In this document: positions 1 to 6,146 of the stretch, piece by piece | Position numbering within the stretch: the first letter of the stretch is position 1 | Layout: the number at the start of each line of letters is the position of its first letter | Origin: a virus | Lineage: Duplodnaviria; Heunggongvirae; Uroviricota; Caudoviricetes | Virus record (IMG/VR): IMGVR_UViG_2617270975_000012 | Span: 1 to 6,146 of that record | Reading direction: 5' to 3' (one strand) | Length of the DNA stretch: 6,146 bases | Position numbers and translations under genes: made by a program | Notes under the pieces: generated by a model | What the model was told of the DNA's origin: nothing | What the model saw: only the letters and a program-made list of their open reading frames with translations | Databases searched by the model: none

Positions 1-96
1 AAGGTGCACCTTACTCCGGCTCAGTTATCCATGCTTCTTGAAGGTATCAACTGGAAGCACCCGAAACGAACGGAACGCGCTGGAATCCGCATATAA
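1..96 (+). CDS. tnpB: IS66-family TnpB (orf2), C-terminal fragment; 5' end outside window
   Basis: Frame 1 is open from position 1 and translates KVHLTPAQLSMLLEGINWKHPKRTERAGIRI before TAA at 94..96. It ends 19 bp before the tnpC ATG, matching tnpA-tnpB-tnpC order. Family assignment is from recall of TnpB C-termini, not a search. Confidence 0.55.
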   Translation, partial: KVHLTPAQLSMLLEGINWKHPKRTERAGIRI

Positions 97-115
97 CCCG
101 TTGTAAAGTGAGGAT

Positions 116-1687
116 ATGGACACCTCACTTGCTCATGAGAACGCCCGCCTGCGGGCACTGTTGCAGACGCAACAGGACACCATCCGCCAGATGGCTGAAT
201 ACAACCGCCTGCTCTCACAGCGGGTGGCGGCTTATGCTTCCGAAATCAACCGGCTGAAGGCGCTGGTTGCGAAACTGCAACGTATGCAGTTCGGTAAAAG
301 CTCAGAAAAACTTCGTGCAAAAACCGAACGGCAGATACAGGAAGCACAGGAGCGAATCAGCGCACTTCAGGAAGAAATGGCGGAAACGCTGGGTGAGCAA
401 TATGACCCGGTACTGCCATCCGCCCTGCGCCAGTCTTCAGCCCGTAAACCGTTACCGGCCTCACTTCCCCGTGAAACCCGGGTTATCCGGCCGGAAGAGG
501 AATGCTGTCCTGCCTGTGGTGGTGAACTCAGTTCTCTGGGATGTGATGTGTCAGAGCAACTGGAGCTTATCAGCAGCGCCTTTAAGGTTATCGAAACACA
601 ACGTCCGAAACAGGCCTGTTGCCGGTGCGACCATATCGTGCAGGCACCAGTACCTTCAAAACCCATTGCACGCAGTTATGCCGGAGCGGGGCTTCTGGCC
701 CATGTTGTCACCGGGAAATATGCAGACCATCTGCCGTTATACCGCCAGTCAGAAATATACCGTCGTCAGGGAGTGGAGCTGAGCCGTGCCACACTGGGGC
801 GCTGGACAGGTGCTGTTGCTGAACTGCTGGAGCCGCTGTATGACGTCCTGCGCCAGTATGTGCTGATGCCCGGTAAAGTCCATGCTGATGATATCCCCGT
901 CCCGGTCCAGGAGCCGGGCAGCGGTAAAACCCGGACAGCCCGGCTGTGGGTCTACGTCCGTGATGACCGTAACGCCGGTTCACAGATGCCCCCGGCGGTC
1001 TGGTTCGCGTACAGTCCGGACCGGAAAGGTATCCATCCACAAAATCACCTGGCCGGTTACAGCGGTGTGCTTCAGGCCGATGCTTACGGTGGTTACCGGG
1101 CGTTATACGAATCCGGCAGAATAACGGAAGCCGCGTGTATGGCTCATGCCCGGAGAAAAATCCACGATGTGCATGCAAGAGCGCCCACCTACATCACCAC
1201 GGAAGCCCTGCAGCGTATCGGTGAACTGTATGCCATCGAGGCAGAGGTCCGGGGCTGTTCAGCAGAACAGCGTCTGGCGGCAAGAAAAGCCAGAGCCGCG
1301 CCACTGATGCAGTCACTGTATGACTGGATACAGCAACAGATGAAAACACTGTCGCGTCACTCAGATACGGCAAAAGCGTTCGCATACCTGCTGAAACAGT
1401 GGGATGCACTGAACGTGTACTGCAGTAATGGCTGGGTGGAAATCGACAACAACATCGCAGAGAACGCCTTACGGGGAGTGGCCGTAGGCCGGAAAAACTG
1501 GATGTTCGCGGGTTCCAACAGCGGTGGTGAACATGCGGCGGTGTTGTACTCGCTGATCGGCACATGCCGTCTGAACAATGTGGAGCCAGAAAAGTGGCTG
1601 CGTTACGTCATTGAACATATCCAGGACTGGCCGGCAAACCGGGTACGCGATCTGTTGCCCTGGAAAGTTGATCTGAGCTCTCAGTAA
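116..1687 (+). CDS. tnpC: IS66-family transposase TnpC (orf3), 523 aa
   Basis: Full-length ORF. N-terminal heptad-rich coiled coil/leucine zipper (aa ~8-90), CxxC...CxC zinc-finger-like motif (EECCPACGG...QACCRCDH, aa 130-171), and DDE-type core candidates ([26 protein letters not shown]). First in-frame ATG after a stop at 104..106; GAGG at 110..113. Confidence 0.93.
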   Translation: MDTSLAHENARLRALLQTQQDTIRQMAEYNRLLSQRVAAYASEINRLKALVAKLQRMQFGKSSEKLRAKTERQIQEAQERISALQEEMAETLGEQYDPVLPSALRQSSARKPLPASLPRETRVIRPEEECCPACGGELSSLGCDVSEQLELISSAFKVIETQRPKQACCRCDHIVQAPVPSKPIARSYAGAGLLAHVVTGKYADHLPLYRQSEIYRRQGVELSRATLGRWTGAVAELLEPLYDVLRQYVLMPGKVHADDIPVPVQEPGSGKTRTARLWVYVRDDRNAGSQMPPAVWFAYSPDRKGIHPQNHLAGYSGVLQADAYGGYRALYESGRITEAACMAHARRKIHDVHARAPTYITTEALQRIGELYAIEAEVRGCSAEQRLAARKARAAPLMQSLYDWIQQQMKTLSRHSDTAKAFAYLLKQWDALNVYCSNGWVEIDNNIAENALRGVAVGRKNWMFAGSNSGGEHAAVLYSLIGTCRLNNVEPEKWLRYVIEHIQDWPANRVRDLLPWKVDLSSQ

Positions 1688-1690
1688 ATA

Positions 1691-1717
1691 TCAATACGGT
1701 TCTGACGAGTCGCTTAC
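1691..1717 (+). repeat. IS66-family terminal inverted repeat (tnpC-proximal end)
   Basis: Last ~27 bp of the repeated block, directly after the tnpC stop; ends ...CGCTTAC (complement GTAAGCG). Repeat identity stops exactly at 1717. IR length is an estimate. Confidence 0.6.
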
Positions 1718-1723
1718 GGAGGA

Positions 1724-2074
1724 ATGGCAATATCTGCAGGTCGTCTGACACAGATGATAAGTGTTCTGAAGCCGGTGTTAACCCGTAATGCTGCCGGAGA
1801 AATGACGGAAGAATGGGTGTCATGCGGGAAAATTCATGCGGATATCCGTGGCAGGAGCAGCCGGGAGCGGATGCAGTCCGGTGCGGAAATGGCGCAGGCG
1901 GAAATCCGCATCTGGGTGCGCGGTCAGTCCGGCCGGGAAATCACGGCAGCGTCACGACTTCATGTGCTGAGTGGTCCATGGCGTGACCGGATCCTGAACG
2001 TTGTCGGGCTGCCCGTGCCGGATGCGACCGGCGGGCGTCTGGAAATTCTCTGTCGGCTGGGAGGGGAAAAATGA
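1724..2074 (+). CDS. Phage head-tail adaptor / head closure (stopper) protein, Phage_H_T_join-like, 116 aa
   Basis: N-terminal M..AGRL motif, central AQAEIRIWVR block and C-terminal LEILCR are typical of head-tail joining proteins. Size and position, directly upstream of an HK97-gp10-like gene, fit. GGAGG at 1718..1722 is only 1 nt from the ATG; in-frame stop at 1703..1705 prevents upstream extension. Confidence 0.72.
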   Translation: MAISAGRLTQMISVLKPVLTRNAAGEMTEEWVSCGKIHADIRGRSSRERMQSGAEMAQAEIRIWVRGQSGREITAASRLHVLSGPWRDRILNVVGLPVPDATGGRLEILCRLGGEK

Positions 2075-2517
2075 TCGAAACCCTGCTGGATTTTTCGGGG
2101 CTGGAGGACATCAGCCGCGATTTGCAGCTTCTGAGTGGTGCGGAAAATAACCGGGTGCTGCGTGAGGCAACCCGTGCGGGTGCGAATGTGCTGAAAGAAG
2201 AAGTGGTGTCACGGGCACCGGTACGCAGGGGAAAACTGCGCCGCAATGTGGTGGTCCTTTCCCGGCGCTCCCGCGATGGCGGGATGGAATCCGGTGTGCA
2301 TATCCGGGGTGTTAATCCGGACACCGGTAACAGCGATAACACCATGAAGGCGGATAACCCGCGCAATGCTTTCTACTGGCGGTTTGTGGAAATGGGGACC
2401 GTGAATATGCCACCGCACCCGTTTGTGCGCCCGGCATTTGATGTGCGCAGTGAACAGGCGGCACAGGTGGCGATTGCGCGGATGAACCGGGCCATTGATG
2501 AGGTACTGAGACGATGA
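2071..2517 (+). CDS. HK97 gp10-family phage tail component (tail completion / neck protein), 148 aa
   Basis: RAPVRRGKLRR and FVEMGT..MPP.PFVRPAFD motifs match the HK97-gp10 family signature. Start overlaps the upstream stop (ATGA at 2071..2074). Confidence 0.78.
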   Translation: MIETLLDFSGLEDISRDLQLLSGAENNRVLREATRAGANVLKEEVVSRAPVRRGKLRRNVVVLSRRSRDGGMESGVHIRGVNPDTGNSDNTMKADNPRNAFYWRFVEMGTVNMPPHPFVRPAFDVRSEQAAQVAIARMNRAIDEVLRR

Positions 2518-2858
2518 CGGAGGCGGATTTGTATCCTCATCTGGCGCATCTTGCCGGCGGGCAGGTGTACCCGTATGTGGTCCCCCTGCTGGATGGCAGG
2601 CCGTCGGTGGCGCTTCCGTGGGTGGTTTTCAGCCTGATTTCATCGGTGTCTGCGGACGTGATGGGCGGGCAGGCGGAGTCCTCAGTGTCGGTGCAGATCG
2701 ACGTTTATGCCGGGACTGTGACGCAGGCGCGTCAGATACGTCAGGACGCCCGTGAAGCCATAATGCTGCTGGCCCCGGGATCCGTCAGTGAAATGCAGGA
2801 CTATATTCCGGAAAACCGCTGTTACCGTGCAACCCTGGAGTTTCAGGTCACGGTGTGA
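2514..2858 (+). CDS. DUF3168-like phage tail terminator / tail completion protein, 114 aa
   Basis: LYPHL...VYPYVVP...PWVVFSLIS...VQIDVY...AREAI pattern resembles DUF3168 proteins found between gp10-like and major tail genes. ATGA overlap with the upstream gene at 2514..2517. Confidence 0.62.
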   Translation: MTEADLYPHLAHLAGGQVYPYVVPLLDGRPSVALPWVVFSLISSVSADVMGGQAESSVSVQIDVYAGTVTQARQIRQDAREAIMLLAPGSVSEMQDYIPENRCYRATLEFQVTV

Positions 2859-2876
2859 CTTTTTCTTTTTTTCTAC

Positions 2877-2908
2877 AAAACCCATACCCCGCCGCGTGCG
2901 GGTTTTTT
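2877..2908 (+). terminator. Putative intrinsic terminator/attenuator between the tail terminator and major tail protein genes
   Basis: A-tract 2877..2880, GC stem CCCGC (2888..2892) / GCGGG (2898..2902) with 5-nt loop, then TTTTTT at 2903..2908. Preceded by a weaker hairpin GTCAC-GGT-GTGAC (2847..2859) plus a T-rich run (2860..2873). Confidence 0.45.
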
Positions 2909-2914
2909 ATTATC

Positions 2915-2920
2915 AGGAGG
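2915..2920 (+). promoter_or_regulatory. Shine-Dalgarno (AGGAGG) of the major tail protein gene
   Basis: Perfect AGGAGG 4 nt upstream of the ATG at 2925. Confidence 0.6.
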
Positions 2921-2924
2921 CAGA

Positions 2925-3641
2925 ATGTCTGCTTTGTATGAACGCTCACAGCTGACGCAGGTGATGATTTCATCTGCCCCGGCGACTGCTGAAACTATGG
3001 ATAAGGCGGAATATCTGCGCCTGGACTGCACCATCAAGGAAGTCCAGTTCACCGCCGGTCAGAAACAGGATATTGATGTGACCACGCTCTGCTCCACAGA
3101 GCAGGAGAACATCAACGGTCTGGGGGCGTCGTCTGAGATTTCCATGTCGGGTAATTTTTATCTGAATCAGGCCCAGAACGCCCTGCGTGATGCCTATGAC
3201 AATGACGCGTTGTATGCGTTTAAGGTGCTGTTTCCGTCCGGTAAGGGCTTTAAGTTCCTGGCGGAAGTGCGTCAGCACACCTGGTCATCCGGTACCAACG
3301 GCGTGGTGGCAGCAACGTTTTCACTGCGTATGAAAGGCAAACCGGTGTCCTTTGTGGTACCGCTGGCGTTTGTGAAAAATCTGGATAAAACACTTACCGT
3401 GAATACAGGTGCGCTGCTGACAATGTCAGTCAGTGCCAACGGGGGAACGCCGCCGTATAAATACGCCTGGAAGAAGGATGGTCAGCCGGTTGACGGGCAG
3501 ACGACAGACACCTTCAGTAAGCCAGGTGCGCAGTCCGCTGATGCGGGGAAATATACCTGCGTGGTGACCGATTCGGCAGAGAAAGCACAGAGTGTGACGT
3601 CTGTTGAATGCACCGTGACAGTGAGCGCAGCCGCCGGATAA
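2925..3641 (+). CDS. Phage major tail (tube) protein with C-terminal Ig-like domain, 238 aa
   Basis: Position after the adaptor/gp10/terminator genes and before the chaperone pair; strong SD. C-terminal ~85 aa (nt ~3370..3638) has Ig-fold-like features (alternating beta pattern, W, Y.C in GKYTCVVTD), as commonly appended to siphovirus tail tube proteins. Confidence 0.72.
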   Translation: MSALYERSQLTQVMISSAPATAETMDKAEYLRLDCTIKEVQFTAGQKQDIDVTTLCSTEQENINGLGASSEISMSGNFYLNQAQNALRDAYDNDALYAFKVLFPSGKGFKFLAEVRQHTWSSGTNGVVAATFSLRMKGKPVSFVVPLAFVKNLDKTLTVNTGALLTMSVSANGGTPPYKYAWKKDGQPVDGQTTDTFSKPGAQSADAGKYTCVVTDSAEKAQSVTSVECTVTVSAAAG

Positions 3642-3655
3642 GGGGATGGGTCATC

Positions 3656-4030
3656 ATGAAAAAGGATCTGAAAACGCTGGCGCTGGCCAGACTGTCAGGG
3701 TTTCGTCATAAAACGGTGAAGGTGCCGGAATGGGGTAATGTCAGCGTGGTGCTGCGGGAGCCTTCGGCAGAGGCCTGGTATCTGTGGCAGGAAGTGCTCA
3801 ATGGTGATGGAGAGGATGACGATACCCTGTCGGTGGTGGCGAAAACCCGCCGTAACCTGGAAGCGGATGTGACGCTGTTCTGCGATGTCCTGTGTGATAC
3901 TGACCTGCAACGGGTGTTCACTCCGGACGACCGTGAGCAGGTGCTGGCCGTCTATGGTCCGGTACATGCCCGGTTGCTGCGTCAGGCACTGGAACTGATC
4001 GCTGATGCAGAGTCGGCCAGAAAAAAGTAG
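3656..4030 (+). CDS. Tail assembly chaperone (lambda gpG-like), 124 aa
   Basis: Start chosen at ATG 3656 (GGGGA at 3642..3646), not the ORF-track start 3608, which overlaps the major tail gene. Acidic small protein immediately after the major tail gene, ending in a slippery site followed by a -1-frame ORF, the hallmark G/GT arrangement. Confidence 0.7.
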   Translation: MKKDLKTLALARLSGFRHKTVKVPEWGNVSVVLREPSAEAWYLWQEVLNGDGEDDDTLSVVAKTRRNLEADVTLFCDVLCDTDLQRVFTPDDREQVLAVYGPVHARLLRQALELIADAESARKK

Positions 4031-4335
4031 CCCGCCCGGAAATTCGCTTTCTGATGCGACTTGCGCTCCGTCTGGGGCGCACCTTATCCGAACTGCGGCA
4101 CAGCCTGAGTGCGAGCGAGGCGATGATGTGGATGGAGTTTGACAGGGTGTCCCCGCTGGGTGATGAGCGCGGGGATATCCGTAATGCACAGATCGTGAAA
4201 GCGGTTTTCGGGGCACAGGGGATGAATGTTGCACTGAAGGACGCCATGCTCTGCTGGGGCGAGGATGAGGATAAGCCGGAGGTGGATCCGTTTGCGGCGC
4301 TGGAAGACGCGCTGAGCTTTGCAGCACAGTCATGA
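3656..4335 (+). CDS. Tail assembly chaperone G-T fusion via -1 frameshift (join 3656..4027, 4027..4335), about 226 aa
   Basis: The -1 frame after the slippery site is continuous with ORF-track 4054..4335 (MRLALRLGRTLSELRHSL..., gpT-like). Conserved G/GT frameshift arrangement of long-tailed phages. Confidence 0.62.
4021..4027 (+). other. Programmed -1 ribosomal frameshift slippery heptamer A_AAA_AAG
   Basis: Zero-frame codons AGA AAA AAG TAG at 4019..4030. The -1 frame from 4027 reads GTA GCC CGC CCG GAA ATT CGC TTT CTG ATG... with no stop through 4335. Confidence 0.65.
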
Positions 4336-4343
4336 ATGATGAG

Positions 4344-4364
4344 AACCGCTGAGGCGGTTTTTTT
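4344..4364 (+). terminator. Terminator-like hairpin downstream of the T segment
   Basis: Stem AACCGC (4344..4349) / GCGGTT (4354..4359), loop TGAG, T-run 4358..4364. Lies 9 bp after the G-T stop at 4333..4335. Confidence 0.4.
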
Positions 4365-4382
4365 ACGCCCGGAGAAAGGTGA

Positions 4383-4433
4383 ATGGCGACGTTACGTGAA
4401 CTGATTATCAAAATTTCGGCAAATTCACAGTAA
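4383..4433 (+). pseudogene. Truncated 5' end of a probable tail tape-measure gene (16 codons), interrupted by the IS66 terminus
   Basis: GGAGA at 4371..4375, ATG at 4383, MATLRELIIKISANSQ, then in-frame TAA at 4431..4433 supplied by the IS terminus starting at 4430. Identity as tape measure is inferred from position after G/GT only. Confidence 0.4.
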
Positions 4434-4456
4434 GCGACTCGTCAGAACCGTATTGA
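4430..4456 (-). repeat. IS66-family terminal inverted repeat (tnpC-proximal end) of the second copy
   Basis: Mirror of 1691..1717; GTAAGCG at 4430..4436. Confidence 0.6.
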
Positions 4457-4459
4457 TAT

Positions 4460-6031
4460 TTACTGAGAGCTCAGATCAACTTTCCAGGGCAACAGATCGC
4501 GTACCCGGTTTGCCGGCCAGTCCTGGATATGTTCAATGACGTAACGCAGCCACTTTTCTGGCTCCACATTGTTCAGACGGCATGTGCCGATCAGCGAGTA
4601 CAACACCGCCGCATGTTCACCACCGCTGTTGGAACCCGCGAACATCCAGTTTTTCCGGCCTACGGCCACTCCCCGTAAGGCGTTCTCTGCGATGTTGTTG
4701 TCGATTTCCACCCAGCCATTACTGCAGTACACGTTCAGTGCATCCCACTGTTTCAGCAGGTATGCGAACGCTTTTGCCGTATCTGAGTGACGCGACAGTG
4801 TTTTCATCTGTTGCTGTATCCAGTCATACAGTGACTGCATCAGTGGCGCGGCTCTGGCTTTTCTTGCCGCCAGACGCTGTTCTGCTGAACAGCCCCGGAC
4901 CTCTGCCTCGATGGCATACAGTTCACCGATACGCTGCAGGGCTTCCGTGGTGATGTAGGTGGGCGCTCTTGCATGCACATCGTGGATTTTTCTCCGGGCA
5001 TGAGCCATACACGCGGCTTCCGTTATTCTGCCGGATTCGTATAACGCCCGGTAACCACCGTAAGCATCGGCCTGAAGCACACCGCTGTAACCGGCCAGGT
5101 GATTTTGTGGATGGATACCTTTCCGGTCCGGACTGTACGCGAACCAGACCGCCGGGGGCATCTGTGAACCGGCGTTACGGTCATCACGGACGTAGACCCA
5201 CAGCCGGGCTGTCCGGGTTTTACCGCTGCCCGGCTCCTGGACCGGGACGGGGATATCATCAGCATGGACTTTACCGGGCATCAGCACATACTGGCGCAGG
5301 ACGTCATACAGCGGCTCCAGCAGTTCAGCAACAGCACCTGTCCAGCGCCCCAGTGTGGCACGGCTCAGCTCCACTCCCTGACGACGGTATATTTCTGACT
5401 GGCGGTATAACGGCAGATGGTCTGCATATTTCCCGGTGACAACATGGGCCAGAAGCCCCGCTCCGGCATAACTGCGTGCAATGGGTTTTGAAGGTACTGG
5501 TGCCTGCACGATATGGTCGCACCGGCAACAGGCCTGTTTCGGACGTTGTGTTTCGATAACCTTAAAGGCGCTGCTGATAAGCTCCAGTTGCTCTGACACA
5601 TCACATCCCAGAGAACTGAGTTCACCACCACAGGCAGGACAGCATTCCTCTTCCGGCCGGATAACCCGGGTTTCACGGGGAAGTGAGGCCGGTAACGGTT
5701 TACGGGCTGAAGACTGGCGCAGGGCGGATGGCAGTACCGGGTCATATTGCTCACCCAGCGTTTCCGCCATTTCTTCCTGAAGTGCGCTGATTCGCTCCTG
5801 TGCTTCCTGTATCTGCCGTTCGGTTTTTGCACGAAGTTTTTCTGAGCTTTTACCGAACTGCATACGTTGCAGTTTCGCAACCAGCGCCTTCAGCCGGTTG
5901 ATTTCGGAAGCATAAGCCGCCACCCGCTGTGAGAGCAGGCGGTTGTATTCAGCCATCTGGCGGATGGTGTCCTGTTGCGTCTGCAACAGTGCCCGCAGGC
6001 GGGCGTTCTCATGAGCAAGTGAGGTGTCCAT
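4460..6031 (-). CDS. tnpC: IS66-family transposase TnpC (orf3), 523 aa, second copy
   Basis: ORF translation is identical to 116..1687. Confidence 0.93.
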   Translation of the reverse strand: MDTSLAHENARLRALLQTQQDTIRQMAEYNRLLSQRVAAYASEINRLKALVAKLQRMQFGKSSEKLRAKTERQIQEAQERISALQEEMAETLGEQYDPVLPSALRQSSARKPLPASLPRETRVIRPEEECCPACGGELSSLGCDVSEQLELISSAFKVIETQRPKQACCRCDHIVQAPVPSKPIARSYAGAGLLAHVVTGKYADHLPLYRQSEIYRRQGVELSRATLGRWTGAVAELLEPLYDVLRQYVLMPGKVHADDIPVPVQEPGSGKTRTARLWVYVRDDRNAGSQMPPAVWFAYSPDRKGIHPQNHLAGYSGVLQADAYGGYRALYESGRITEAACMAHARRKIHDVHARAPTYITTEALQRIGELYAIEAEVRGCSAEQRLAARKARAAPLMQSLYDWIQQQMKTLSRHSDTAKAFAYLLKQWDALNVYCSNGWVEIDNNIAENALRGVAVGRKNWMFAGSNSGGEHAAVLYSLIGTCRLNNVEPEKWLRYVIEHIQDWPANRVRDLLPWKVDLSSQ

Positions 6032-6050
6032 ATCCTCACTTTACAACGGG

Positions 6051-6146
6051 TTATATGCGGATTCCAGCGCGTTCCGTTCGTTTCGGGTGCTTCCAGTTGA
6101 TACCTTCAAGAAGCATGGATAACTGAGCCGGAGTAAGGTGCACCTT
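6051..6146 (-). CDS. tnpB: IS66-family TnpB (orf2), C-terminal fragment, second copy; 5' end outside window
   Basis: Mirror of 1..96. Confidence 0.55.
   Translation of the reverse strand, partial: KVHLTPAQLSMLLEGINWKHPKRTERAGIRI

Larger units (their letters stand above)
1..1717 (+). mobile_element. IS66-family insertion sequence, partial copy (3' end of tnpB, complete tnpC, right terminus); the remainder lies beyond the window start
   Basis: Reverse-complement identical to 4430..6146 (termini checked by eye; every six-frame ORF inside the two copies translates identically). Terminus at 1711..1717 reads GTAAGCG on the complementary strand, the usual IS66-family IR start. Contains a TnpC-type transposase. 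Confidence 0.9.
4430..6146 (-). mobile_element. IS66-family insertion sequence, second partial copy in inverted orientation; the remainder lies beyond the window end
   Basis: Reverse complement of 1..1717. Begins GTAAGCGACTCG at 4430. Same tnpB fragment and tnpC encoded on the minus strand. Confidence 0.9.

Noticed and set aside
21-218. 65-aa minus-strand ORF spanning the tnpB/tnpC junction (mirror at 5929..6126)
   Set aside because: Antisense to the tnpB end and tnpC start, with no supporting signals.
267-1578. Multiple 67-171 aa ORFs in alternative frames inside tnpC (mirrored in the second copy at 4569..5880)
   Set aside because: All are nested within the 523-aa transposase ORF on either strand and are typical out-of-frame artefacts.
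1941-2366. 141-aa minus-strand ORF (also 2209..2418 and 2682..2885 on minus)
   Set aside because: Antisense to the translationally coupled adaptor/gp10-like genes; low-complexity Arg/Ser-rich composition; judged spurious.
3608-3655. ORF-track start at 3608 for the tail chaperone
   Set aside because: It would overlap the last 34 nt of the major tail gene in another frame and lacks an SD; the ATG at 3656 with GGGGA upstream is preferred.
4054-4335. The T segment as an independently initiated 93-aa gene
   Set aside because: No convincing SD before the ATG at 4054, and the -1 frame is open back to the A_AAA_AAG site, so expression as a G-T fusion is more likely; independent initiation cannot be excluded from sequence alone.
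3695-4411. 238-aa minus-strand ORF antisense to the chaperone G/T region
   Set aside because: Fully overlaps well-supported plus-strand genes with a frameshift signature, has no recognisable motifs or RBS, and is Pro/Arg/Ser-rich as expected from antisense reading of GC-rich coding sequence.
1718-4429. Internal segment as a non-phage cargo (for example a defence system) of a composite transposon
   Set aside because: Every internal ORF has a recognisable phage neck/tail signature in canonical siphovirus order, so no unexplained cargo remains. A true search was not possible, so this rests on motif recall.

Overview
The window is a 2.7-kb siphovirus-type (lambda/HK97-like) tail morphogenesis block (1718..4429, all on +) bracketed by two apparently identical, inverted 1717-bp partial copies of an IS66-family insertion sequence (1..1717 on +, 4430..6146 on -). 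Each IS copy shows the 3' end of tnpB, a complete 523-aa tnpC transposase and a terminus beginning GTAAGCG, with the inner ends facing the phage genes. The phage block encodes a head-tail adaptor (stopper), an HK97-gp10-family tail component, a DUF3168-like tail terminator/completion protein, a major tail protein with a C-terminal Ig-like domain, and a tail assembly chaperone G with a G-T fusion made by a -1 frameshift at A_AAA_AAG. The first 16 codons of a probable tape-measure gene follow and are cut off by the right IS copy. The left IS end lies 6 bp upstream of the adaptor ATG. I read this as a degraded or rearranged prophage tail region captured between inverted IS copies, not a novel system. 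All family assignments are from motif recall by eye; no searches were run. No rRNA, tRNA or CRISPR array is evident.
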